A stretch of DNA of 64,000 nt from Rhizodiscina lignyota (lineage: Eukaryota), in contig ML978122.1 in NCBI GenBank assembly GCA_010015805.1, positions 3,072,453 to 3,136,452 on the forward strand. The letters run 5' to 3'. Within the stretch, counting starts at the first letter, position 1, and each line of letters opens with the position of its first letter. The position numbers and the translations under genes are program-made. This document shows positions 36,435 to 47,210 of this stretch, piece by piece. Below the pieces are notes generated by a model that was given only the letters and a program-made list of their open reading frames with translations, was not told the DNA's origin and did not search any database.

Positions 36435-36835
36435 TGTACTTTGCGACACACGTAAACGAGACTCTTGAGGATGGCAGGCGCACGGAGAGGTTGTTTAGGG
36501 AGCGGCTAGAGATCGACGTGCCTTTCACTTTTCATCTGTTTGCGAACCCGAGCCTGCATGGAGCTAGCATTTGCAGCGGTTTGCAATTGCAATTGCAATT
36601 AGCATGAGATTGATATTTTCAAGTCTGTCTTTAGCCCTCTAGAAAATTCTGAATTACACGTCATTTCAGATACACGGCATAATTCATCGGGAAGTCACTC
36701 TCATCAACCGTAATAGAAAGTCCAAGCCAGGTATACGAAGCAATAGGAGATCCATCTTATGTTGCCCAAGCCAGGGATATCGAGCTGAAACGTCGTCATG
36801 TGGTAGTGATATGCGACGCGGACCAATGTCTCTCT

Positions 36836-38504
36836 TCACAAAGAGAGATATCCGAACGACACTGTCTGGCGCGGCTTGGATTGTTCGATGGTGTCGCTGA
36901 GTTTCCAGAACGCGGTTGGTCCGCATGGACCTTGGTCGTCATAGTCCCTAATCAAGAGCTTAGCGAGAACGCACAAAGGACAGATGCATTTGGGTTGGGA
37001 ATGAAGACATACTTATCAAACCACGTTCCAATGACACCACGGCTAGAACGCAAGCCGCCGACCTGGATGCCTTCGCTCTTCCATCGTTCCTCACTGCAGG
37101 AATTGTCAATGCTGCCGTTTCGCACCTCAACAGGAGACTTACCCATGGAACACGGAAATCGTCGTCCACCGGACTTCTCCCTCGGGTGTAAGTCTGACGG
37201 TGCCTTTGAAGACTACTTAGCCTCTCTTTCAGCCTGCTGCCTCCGCTCAACAAAATAAATGAATCACTTACCCCTGATAGCCGAATTGGCGTTCGGGTCC
37301 CAGCTCGGATGCATCGAGTGCGAGGACCCTCTGAAATGTACGACAGGCAGAGCAGGGTTGTCATTCGGTCCTGGTGCCTCGATTTTTGTGGGGTACAGCT
37401 TCATGGTGATGAGACGGATTGCTTCTTCCCGGTGGATCGGGTCCCGGGGTTCTGCGCGCGGGATGTCGGTGCTAAAGTTGAAGAGGTAGAAGTCATTGTA
37501 GTCGAGGAAGCAGACTACCCTTCTCCACGTTCCATGAATGTTATAAGGATCAACTTGCTGCAGATCCAATCCCGGCTCCTTCACCAAATTCATTCCGTCT
37601 CCTCTCCACTTCGCAGCCTCCATGCGGTCTCCTGTCATCCCCGCAAACGGTGTGTCCCAGACAATATCTACACCGTGATGTTCGCTGAAGTGCCGCATGT
37701 TATGTCCCAGCACCACCATGATCGCCTCCACTTTCTCCCAATCGACTATCAGCCCTCCACCCCACTCCTCGCCTGACTCGTCGAGGAAAGGCCCCCAAAG
37801 GTTGTTGTCGGTATAACCGCGGATGTCGTACACAACTGATCGCGCATAAGGGAAGGTCGGCGAGTTGCAACTTCTGCTGACATTGTCGATCTTGGTGCCG
37901 TAGAGGGAGTGCAGTTTTGCGGAGAATTGGCGCTCCTCTTTCGTGAGCTGTGACGTCGATTCTGTCGCGCGGATGAAGAGTGTGGAGCGCGAGAGGAAGG
38001 AATCCTTATTCCGTGGTTCCTGAAAACGGGAATGTAGGAATTGGACGTTTCGTGAGACATGTGGATCTGGATTGGCCGTCGCGAGTAGAGAAGACGTGGC
38101 AGACGTGACGAAGGAGATATGCGCTTGCTGTCTCATGTTCAGAATGTTGTTCTATGCCATCAATCGGTCAGCGGGAAGTCTAGACATACTTTTGTCTCGT
38201 CGTCGGACGTTTCAAGCAGCTTCTGCAGCTTCACGACCTCCTTCAGCCTTTCGATGTAGTGCGGGTCACCATCTGGTGAGCCAGCAGCGGGATCATCCTG
38301 TGTTGGTAAGCCAAAAGAGATATACGCTCGGAGGGCCTGGTTTACAAGGTGTTGTAGGTAAAGCTCCTTGAAGAGCAGCCGATTACTCGTCACATAGCTT
38401 TGTAGCGTCTTGCATGTTGCGGAGATAGCGGCGAGATCAGCGGGTTCGACCTGGATGAAGATGTGGTGGAGGATCTCATGAGCGAGTTCTAGGAGGGACG
38501 CCAT
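36836..38504 (-). CDS. F-box domain protein (multi-exon)
   Basis: N-terminal LLELAHEILHHIF..VEPADLAAISATCKTL F-box; conserved fungal C-terminus [42 protein letters not shown]. Confidence 0.87.
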
Positions 38505-39044
38505 CGCGTGAGCATCTCCTACTGCTCATCGCAGCTCATGAAGAGAAGAAAGAAAGGGACGGATCACGGCAGTGGTTTGCGTGAGGTTGCAGTGGATGAT
38601 ACCATCAGTCATAGGCCGTCTGCCCCTCTATCGGCAAATCGCTATAATGTCACAGCTATCAATTTCGCCGAGCACTTACAACAGTCCCAAATTGTTCTTG
38701 CTGGACTTCAAATTAATCTGGCTTTTGCTCTGATCTCGCTTTCAGCCCTAGATCAGTTTACAGAAGTGCAGGCTTTGGTTGCACTATGCGAAATCCAACA
38801 CAGTCAACTCGGGACTCTTCCGTACAGCAGCTTTTATTGGCGAGATAGCTTTGTCGGCGGGACATTATAACCAGCGCGCGACGTCCCCGGCCTTAACGCC
38901 TGAATAAGCTGTTAAAGCCGTATGACAGGGGATCCCGAGAAGGAGACTTTCCCTTTTGAAGACACTTCCATTCTGTACTGGAGCAAACCAACATCAACCC
39001 CTTTGTGCCAGTTCAACCCTCTAACACCCAAAAGCCTTTCGAAT

Positions 39045-39846
39045 ATGTCAACCTTGTGGACAATCGGCTGCATCTACGGCGGCGCGTCTGTCGTCCTCGG
39101 TGCCTTCGGAGCCCATGGCTTGAAGCGTCGAATTGCTGACCCGGCGCGCCTCAGCAACTGGAACACGGCGGCACAATATCAGGTATGAGCGTTTCAGCTT
39201 CTCAGACATCGGCCGCCAGCTGAATACTCCCTTTCGATGCATGTGTCTTCTCTAGTTGCTTGGAAGAGCTTGGATTTGGGAATCATGCTGCCGTCGACGT
39301 CTAAATCAAGGGTTGCTCGTGTTCTGTGCATGTGATGTCGCCGATTGTAGCTTTTCCAGTTGCGCGGAACCGTTTCGCTAGGCTTCATGTATAATGTCTA
39401 GCGTACCGGTGGAACCTACACCTCAACGGTCCCAAAGTTCTGCGTGGGAAACTGTGGGGTTGGGGATTGGTAAAACGCATCGACCACCCTTTTCACAGCA
39501 ACGTAACGGCAGCGCAGACCCCATGGAATACCAACCTCCATTTATTTCTCAATGGAGTGAAAGCGTCTGAAACAGAATCCACTAACGAAACATTCAGCTC
39601 ATGCACTCGACAGCCCTTCTCATCACATCACTGGCGCCTCAATGCCGTGCATCATCCATCGCTGGCGTGTTCTTCACAACTGGCATGACGATGTTCAGCG
39701 GCTCGCTCTACCTCCTCACCCTTGATCCGCAGCGCTTCAAGTTCATGGGTCCCGTAACGCCGCTTGGGGGCATGTGTATGATCGGAGGCTGGATTGCGCT
39801 GGCGTTTGCGAGCCGGGGACGAGTCAGGCTGCCTCCCAGCGCATAA
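39045..39846 (+). CDS. DUF423/TMEM256 (YgdD-like) small membrane protein; exons 39045-39182, 39598-39846
   Basis: LGAFGAHGL, WNTAAQYQ-LMHS, MFSGSLYLL, MGPVTPLGG..MIGGW signatures. Confidence 0.92.
39255..39500 (+). ncRNA. Candidate structured RNA inside the 415-nt DUF423 intron
   Basis: Several nested stems containing G-U pairs on the sense strand (see findings); no family recognised. Confidence 0.35.
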
Positions 39847-40091
39847 AATATATCACATCTTACCAGCGTTGGCAGGGAAATTGGAAGCGGATGGTACTGG
39901 TAATAAATTCAATTGTACGTGTTTGGGGTTTGCGAATATTGGAATCAATCGCATCTCACTTCTCGTCGAAGTTGGAACGCCGCTCTGATAGAAAGAAATT
40001 GTATGAGATATTTAAGAGATCACTTACCTGTATCATTCTCGCTGGCGCCATGCCTATTCTCCCATCTTACTGACCTTACCCTTACAACTGT

Positions 40092-42173
40092 TTACAGAGT
40101 TGCCATCCAATTCTCTCTCTGGAGGACCTGATCATACCTCTGCCTCACGTGTGCAGCCGACCGAATGTCCTCATTCCTCGAGAACCTTTGGCTTTCCGGG
40201 ACCTCTTCATTGGTAGCAATGATGTACCTGTAGCCCGCCAGGAACAGATAGATCAGGTCAGAGCCAGCATGGCCGGCAATAACATGATTGATCAACTCGA
40301 CAGCCTTGGTATAGAAATCCAAGATGGCGAGCCGACTGTTCTTAGCCGTAAAGTCGAAGTTGGGGTTGACTTCCAAGTGCAGCGCATGCGCCCAAGCGCT
40401 GAGGATAGTGTGGATGCTAGACGACGCCTCGGCCGTCTGCACCTCAATCTCTTCATTGGATTTGGCTTTGAATTTCTTTTCACGAACCTTCATGCTTTCA
40501 GTGTCTCTCTGCGCCGGACTGGGAACGTATCGCATCTTCATGAAGTTGACCGAGGGGCTATGGTGGTGAGCTTGGCCGGAGTACCAGCATAAGCTTTCCA
40601 CGATGGTCTTGACATGGTCTTCCACGTCATCTTGAGCTACACCTTCACGTAAGAGCTCAGGAGCGCTGTCGTACACGTCTATGCGAGGCATTCCAGCAGT
40701 GTTGGGCTCCGGCGGGCCTCCAACCATGGGCGGAACGTGAACCACGAAGAGGATCCAGTGCGGTCGTTGATCTTCGGAGTTATCAGTGTCCTTCGCTGAT
40801 GCTGAGCTAGCTTCTGAGGGCTCATTATCTGCAGACTCTCCTTCAGAGCCCTTGAGCTCTGTTTCCCCCTCAGATCCTTTGCTGCTTGCTTCCTTGGAGG
40901 CTCCTTTCACCTTCTTGGGGGTGGCAGGGGGCTTCTCCATGCTGAACGGCAGACGAGGTCCTGCCTTTTCTTGAGCTTTCTTCGCATCCTCCTTCTCCTC
41001 TTTCGGGTAGTTGTAGACGTACGGGAAATAGAACACGCGTCGCGGCCGACCTACCCTTTGCGGCGAGTCCACTCCGCGCACCCACTTATTCAAATTCTCC
41101 CCGTCAATAATGCTAAATTGGCATCCACGAACGGGGTCGCTGTCATATCTAATGGACTCCGTTACGGCAGCGATGGCGGTGATGATCTCCTCCCTGAATA
41201 GGCCTTCGTTAGAAATGTTGAGCCCCTCTGGCTCAGAGTCATCACTGGAGTCGTCGCTGCTGTCAGGGTCAGACTCTTCGCCGTCCTCCTCCTTCTTCTC
41301 CGCCTCCTTGCGGACCTTCTCATTCAACGCCTGCATTCGCTTGGTGTACGTGCTCTTCAACGAGCTCGGATTTGGTGGAGCATTCTTGTCCTTCTTCTTG
41401 CTCTTCTTCGGAGTCGGGTTCGCATCCGTCTCCTTCTGTGACCTCTTCCTCTTCTTACCTGATTGCTCCTCAGAATCATCCGCTGGAGCGGGCGCAGCAT
41501 CCTTTATCTTAGTCGGCATATTATCCCCCGGCTTTGTCGGTCCTTTCAAAGTTGTCGGAGTCGGCATAGATGCTACACCACCTGCTGAAACAGGCTTAGC
41601 AGGCGTCTTTGTCGGCTGTGATACATAAGAGGCAGCGCCTGGGTCCGAACCAGGCTTCTTCGTTGCCGGCGCCGGCATATTAAACTTGAACCCGGAAGAT
41701 GCTACACCTTCCGTTGAAGGAAGTTTAGCAGGCGTCCTCGTCGGGTTTGGCACATCAGAGGCTGGGCTTGGGTCTGAAGTAGGTTCCTTCGCTGGAGTAA
41801 TGGGAGTAGAGGTAGCTGGTGCCGTCGCAGACGCGACCATATCTAAATAAGGCATTAGTTCAAGCTTCCGCGAAGCCCAATAATGGACGTTCGGAAAGGA
41901 CAAATTCAACGCTAAAGATTCCGCATCCTCGACGTCCTTTGCCGTTCTGGCTTGGAAAGGAGAGTCAGACTTACCTTGTTTGGCCCCTTCTCCCTCCGCC
42001 TCTGAATGAACACTGGTGTGGACACTGATAACGTCCGAATCATATTCGTCTGCCTTGTCCATCTCTGTCTTCTGGCGTTTATCTAACACACTGTCGATGC
42101 TTCTACCATTTGCATCTGAATGAGTGCGCTTCCGCTTTCCTGCCGGGGTGTTGATTGGGGTGAATGAGCTCAT
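40092..42173 (-). CDS. Ulp1/C48-like pseudo-protease paralog with long disordered N-terminus (frame open to 42539)
   Basis: PHWILFVVH, VYDSAP, AQ...ASSSIHTILSAWAHALHLEVNPNF; aligns by eye with the 1015-2601 protein but has Ser at the catalytic Cys position. Confidence 0.75.
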   Translation of the reverse strand: MSSFTPINTPAGKRKRTHSDANGRSIDSVLDKRQKTEMDKADEYDSDVISVHTSVHSEAEGEGAKQGKSDSPFQARTAKDVEDAESLALNLSFPNVHYWASRKLELMPYLDMVASATAPATSTPITPAKEPTSDPSPASDVPNPTRTPAKLPSTEGVASSGFKFNMPAPATKKPGSDPGAASYVSQPTKTPAKPVSAGGVASMPTPTTLKGPTKPGDNMPTKIKDAAPAPADDSEEQSGKKRKRSQKETDANPTPKKSKKKDKNAPPNPSSLKSTYTKRMQALNEKVRKEAEKKEEDGEESDPDSSDDSSDDSEPEGLNISNEGLFREEIITAIAAVTESIRYDSDPVRGCQFSIIDGENLNKWVRGVDSPQRVGRPRRVFYFPYVYNYPKEEKEDAKKAQEKAGPRLPFSMEKPPATPKKVKGASKEASSKGSEGETELKGSEGESADNEPSEASSASAKDTDNSEDQRPHWILFVVHVPPMVGGPPEPNTAGMPRIDVYDSAPELLREGVAQDDVEDHVKTIVESLCWYSGQAHHHSPSVNFMKMRYVPSPAQRDTESMKVREKKFKAKSNEEIEVQTAEASSSIHTILSAWAHALHLEVNPNFDFTAKNSRLAILDFYTKAVELINHVIAGHAGSDLIYLFLAGYRYIIATNEEVPESQRFSRNEDIRSAAHVRQRYDQVLQRENWMATL
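41570..41795 (-). repeat. Internal tandem duplication (~43-aa period) in the Ulp1-like protein
   Basis: KEPTSDPSPASDVPNPTRTPAKLPSTEGVAS vs KKPGSDPGAASYVSQPTKTPAKPVSAGGVAS. Confidence 0.7.
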
Positions 42174-42540
42174 TGTTAGTGGGATATTATCAGTAAGTGT
42201 ATAGATGTGTGGGGAAATGCGTCCTCCTATGTTTGTCAACTGTGCAGAAGTCAGTTGGTAAGAATGCGGGTCTAAGATCGCAGCAAGACTTTGAAACTGA
42301 TTGTTTTCTGTCCCTTGGAAGGTGTTGCTTGTTTCTTCGCCTGATCCGCTGGTGTCGTTGGGTGAGCTGAATAGAAACCGTTGATACCTATACATATAAT
42401 CCGTGAGATGTATAAGAAAAAAGGAAATAACGTAAAACTTAATACCACAACAGTTTGTCGATGTTGAAAAAGTACTCGTCTGGTGCGAGCAGGCGCACGC
42501 GTTTTGAACCAGCGGCGGCATTGAATGTCCTGGAGCCATG

Positions 42541-42785
42541 GAACAAAGGTTCGTGAGTTATTGACGCCTGTCGTCCTTTGAGTTCTCAAAAATTCTTCAA
42601 GGACAATTGTCCCGTCCACTTGAGAACAAGACGCTTGGAGGGCCATTGTCCTCGACTCACAAACACGAACAAAGAATTAACTCCAGTCGGCCGCCAAGAC
42701 AATGGACCATCGTCTGGAATATCAACGAAACCACAGCCCCGCAATTATTCTAGTCAGCGCGGGAGGAATTAAAGAATTAATTGTC
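42541..42785. promoter_or_regulatory. Cluster of HMG-box-type motifs upstream of the second Ulp1-like gene
   Basis: GAACAAAG 42541, ACAATTGT 42603, CATTGT 42644, GAACAAAGAA 42667, ACAATG 42699, ATTGT 42780. Confidence 0.45.
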
Positions 42786-43939
42786 GAGCGACACGATTCA
42801 TACCAACCCGCTCTTAAATTATACGCGAGATGCAGCTGTAACGGACCGAGTGTCTTGAAAGGGATATGGACAAGGAGTGCTCTGTGGCCGGAGGACGTGC
42901 ACTGCGCGGCTGCCCAGTTCTGAACCGGGCAACCTGGTCGTAAGCGGAAGCCCAAGGATCGGGGAGATCGGGGACCCCAAAATACGGAGCGTAATGATGA
43001 TGAACGTGTCTCACGCTCGCGTGTGCCTGGCGGGGTATTGCGAAAGCGAGAACAAAATGGTGGTGATGCTTAGTCGATTGGTGCGTTAGATCGGCTTTGC
43101 GGTGGATCATCAGCGCGAGAACTTGCCTCAATTGCGTGGCGAGAGGATGAAGTTGACATTGGAGGACATTGCTCGCTGCGGAAGAATCTGTCACTCGGTT
43201 GACGTGAGAGGCATGTTGGAACACGAGGAAGAAATGTGTGATATTTGTCTTTCCGAACGCCTACGGTAGCGAATGGCACTACCGTCGATGAAGGATGATT
43301 CAAAGAATCTTCAGATGCCGAACTCCCAATGACTATTCTTCAAGAGGGATGACAAAGGTGCAGAGTGCATTTCTCGGGCCTTGGAATTTAGCAAAACACC
43401 ACAAACACCGCCAAAAACGCATAGAAACAAGGGGATCTCAGCCACCAAGGACCAAGAACGGGGGGAATAGTAAAAACAGGTACTGAGCAAGCAGTGCATG
43501 AAAAGGATAGTTAAATGGAGTAAGTGATGACTAGCATCCTCGACACACGGTTCTGCCGAGAGCCACGAAGATTTCCGCTGTTCCTTTTCTCCTCCATTGC
43601 AGTGAGAATGACGAGCAGATCGCAGAAATGAACAAGTGCAAAGTCTGCCTGCGGTCCCTGATAAAGTGTCCTGTCCGGCAAGGAATCCTAGACCGGTAGA
43701 AGGAAGAGAGGGCCGCCAGCCTCCATAGCATAGCCTTTGAAAGTTTTTGTTGCGAGGCATAATCGTGTCCTCCGCCTCGCATGATCCATGCACATCCAGC
43801 ATTTTGACTTTTCCATTTTCCAGAGAAGTTCTTTTTCACATTCCGTTACCCAATGCTCTTGATATCTTGACTTCGTTCGTCCACATCCACACGCTGGCCG
43901 TATCTTTGCCCCATGCTTCATGTCACACCAGAAAGCCAA

Positions 43940-44793
43940 TCACATCACTACGCAGCATCCACATCCCTTCCTCTCATTCTCGCCGTCCATCTCCATCTTT
44001 TGCGGTGCCGACGCGGGCACGCCGGAGCCGTAGCCGGACATTTCCTTGTTGTACCTTCTGATTTCGCGGACAATGTCGTAGAATGCTTGGTCGACGTTTT
44101 TGCGGGACTTGGCGGAAGTTTCGATGAATTTGCAGCCGAACTGTCTGGCAAGATCCTGGCCCTCTATAAGTGCAGAATATTAGCATCGATATGGGAAGAT
44201 GCATGGTAGAGCCATGTTGTAAGAAGCATGCTTAAGACTAACCTTGTGTTGTGACCTGTCTCTCCGACTCCAGATCGCACTTGTTGCCGACAACGATGAT
44301 GGGGAAGTAGTCCTTGTCCTTCACTCTCAGGATCTGCTGCTGGAAGGTGAGGATCTCCTCGAATGACTGCCGTGACGTTATCGAGTAGACGAGCAGGAAG
44401 CCCTCGCCGGTCCGCATGTATTGCTCCCGCATCGCAGAGTATTCTTCTTGGCCAGCAGTATCCAGTACGTCCAACAGAGCGACTTCATCGTCGATGACGC
44501 ACTGCTTGCGGTACGAGTCTACAAATCGGTTGTCAGTCCCTGTTCCTGACAAGTGCGGGCTTGGCGCCGACGGCGACGGAGAGGATACCTTCAATTGTAG
44601 GGTCATATTCGTCGACGAAGTGGCTTTGTATGAGCTGGATGGTCAAGCAGGATTTGCCCACACCACCGCCGCCCACCACGACCAACTTGTATTCCCGCAA
44701 AAACTGTAGTGAAAAGTTGCGTCAGTCCCAAAGCCCTGTGCTATGACCCAGAGTGCCGGGACACGTCCGGAATGGGCGTACCTTTGATGCCAT
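43940..44793 (-). CDS. RAS1: Ras GTPase (RasA/Ras1 type), 4 exons
   Basis: [52 protein letters not shown]-terminal CGCCVVM CAAX box. Confidence 0.97.
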
Positions 44794-46154
44794 CTTGTAG
44801 CGGTGTGAATGAGCGCGACAGGCTCTGGCAGCCGGTGCGGAGAGAGGGCGCAGAGGATATAGTAGAGATCTGGGCGGCTATCTGGAAGCTTGAAACAATG
44901 CTCGATCGAAGGGGGGAGGCGGGCAAGGGAAGCAACGGCGGCAGCGGAGGGAGGAAGGAGCGCTTTCAGCGGCTGCTGCACGGCGAAGTAAGGAGCAGGG
45001 CAGTCGAGCGGCGGCAGATGCAATTGAGGCAGTGGTGGACGCTGTGGGAGAGGGTGGCAGAGTGGTGTCGGAGTTGAGGGCGGTGGTGTGCAGGTTGTTT
45101 CTTCGGCGAGCGAGAGCGATTGTGGATTGACTGAGCTGGCCTGCGCGCCCGCTAGGAACTAGTCGCCCAGCGCCAAGACGCCGCCCCGACGCGGCCTAGC
45201 GCGGCCAGCGCCAGAGGCAAGAGCGCATCCTTAGCACACGCCGTTGGAGCCAGCAAGATGGCACGCGTCCCAGCTCCAGCTAGCCTTCTCCGAGCTGCAG
45301 AAAAAGCAGTGCGTGCAATACTGCACAGCTACAGTGCCCTCACACGCGACGACGAGCGAACTGCTGCAGCGGCAGGCATCCTCTGCACTGCACATATGCG
45401 CCAACCCGTGCCTCCGCGTGCCACCGCTGCTGCAATCAGAGGCGTGGGGAGCAATTGTCGGCGGACGCACAAGGCCTATTCGTGCCCCTACTCCCCTGCG
45501 CGTCATAATTCGACGAGCATTTCTCTGCCTTCTCTCGTCCTTTCTGCCAGAGTCAGCCAGCTGCCGCAACGGGCAGCGATCGGCGCGCAAGGCGACGTCC
45601 GTTCGTCGACGGGAATCTGCCGAGATGCACGCAGATGCTGGCGAACGGCCTGAGGAATCGAAATGCCCTCCCCTTTCCCACACATCCCCCCTATCTCACA
45701 CTGCTGTCCATCGCGAGCACTTCCGTCTCCCACCGGAGCAAGCCATCGGCGTATCGGTGACACACGCTCGCACTCGCCTACACGCGCTCCAATTTCGCTC
45801 CTCCAGTGCCCGCGTCACGTTATTCGCATTCCATGCACCTCTGTTTACACGCCGAGCCTGCCCACTCCCCCAATAACGTGCGGTCATTCCTGTCCACTCC
45901 GTCGGCGCAGACGCAGAAAAAGCAACGATCGATCTACTCCACGGCCCGCGCTACCGAGCTGGCCTGCATCTATTTTGCTGGCGCACTTTCGCAAGCTCTG
46001 ACGCTCTATCCCTTAGGACCACCGAACCGACATCTGTAGCTACCCCGGAACCTACAGTGCTAGCAACATCGCACCCGTCTACACAGCGCTGACCAATTCC
46101 GCTCCGTTGCTTTGAAATTCAATAAAAGCCTTTTCGCTTGCCGCCCGTGAAACC

Positions 46155-46729
46155 ATGCGCGGGCGCGTCGCTTCACTATCACAGACATTCCGCCACTGCG
46201 CGCCTATACCGCCCAATCGCCTACGTCACTTCACACCCCTCGCGACATCGCCAATATTCACTTTACCACGATGTCAGAGAGCCACGTTTGCTTCACGAGC
46301 TTCTCCACTAGAGGAGGAAAAGCAAGATGAATGGATTGTGGCGCAGGAGCGTACAAAGATACTCGCGTTAGCGCAGAGGATCCGTATCAAGTCGAAGCAC
46401 TTGAAAACCCTCAAGGTCTTTGTGTATGGAGCATGCTTCACAGCTCCCGCGACATGAATCACTGATTTTGTGCCCTCAGACAAGAACAGCTTCTCGACAC
46501 AGACAAACTGAACGAGAGTGACCGTCGCAAGGCGAAAGAGTTGCTGAGCAGGTTGGAGAGCGAGGAGGTCCACACCAAAACCCTCTTCGTCCAATTGTAC
46601 GGCCTCACATGAATCAATTGTCTCTCGGACCAGTGGCTAACTCTGAATTTTTGCAGTGCCGACCTTTTGAACATGACAGCCGAGGAACTTCATGCTGAGA
46701 CCGACCCTGATGGCCCCATAATTGAGTGA
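46155..46729 (+). CDS. Hypothetical 152-aa protein with mitochondrial-presequence-like N-terminus; exons 46155-46423, 46480-46596, 46657-46729
   Basis: Two GT-AG introns (GTATGG..CTGAT..CAG; GTACGG..CTAAC..CAG) join three exons in one frame; Arg/Ser/Thr-rich acid-free N-terminus followed by a helical charged domain. Confidence 0.65.
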
Positions 46730-47210
46730 TCCCGCTTTTCGGGACGGTGCTTGGAGACCCTAGTTGTGAAGAGACGACAGCCGCAATTTCGGCTATGAAT
46801 ACTTTACGAGGCATCGCATTCGAAGAAGTGCTGACACCTCCATGGGTCCATAGCGACTTCCAAGAGCACGACTGTTTTCGGCATATATTATTGGGTGACA
46901 CTAAGACAAAGTCTGAGGGCACGTGGAGTACAGCTCTACGTGGACGTCGCCAGCCTGCGCGTAGACAATGGGCGAAACGACATCCGGAGCCACAGCAGAG
47001 TTCAATAGCCCATGGAGATCCAGTGGAAGAAGACTGGAGCAGCCTGTGTGTACGGAGTAAAAGAGAAAGAAGAGCTTGCGAAAGAAGCACAACATGTCTC
47101 TTTCGGTCTATGTACGACGATATATATCACAAGTATCTCTTGATCCTCGTCTATCTTAATCTCTTATGCAGCTGCGATGTTTAATACCTATGATCAAGTC
47201 TCGTACACTC

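Noticed and set aside
40021..40030. ACTTACCTG, like the U1 snRNA 5' end
   Set aside because: No downstream U1 stem-loops or Sm site recognised
42174..42539. 122-codon N-terminal extension of the 815-aa ORF
   Set aside because: Composition looks UTR/intron-like and overlaps the likely promoter; ATG at 42173 has good context (ACAATG); not fully excluded
45231..46039. Overlapping ORFs up to 210 aa upstream of Ras
   Set aside because: GC-rich divergent promoter region where long ORFs arise by chance; no domain signal
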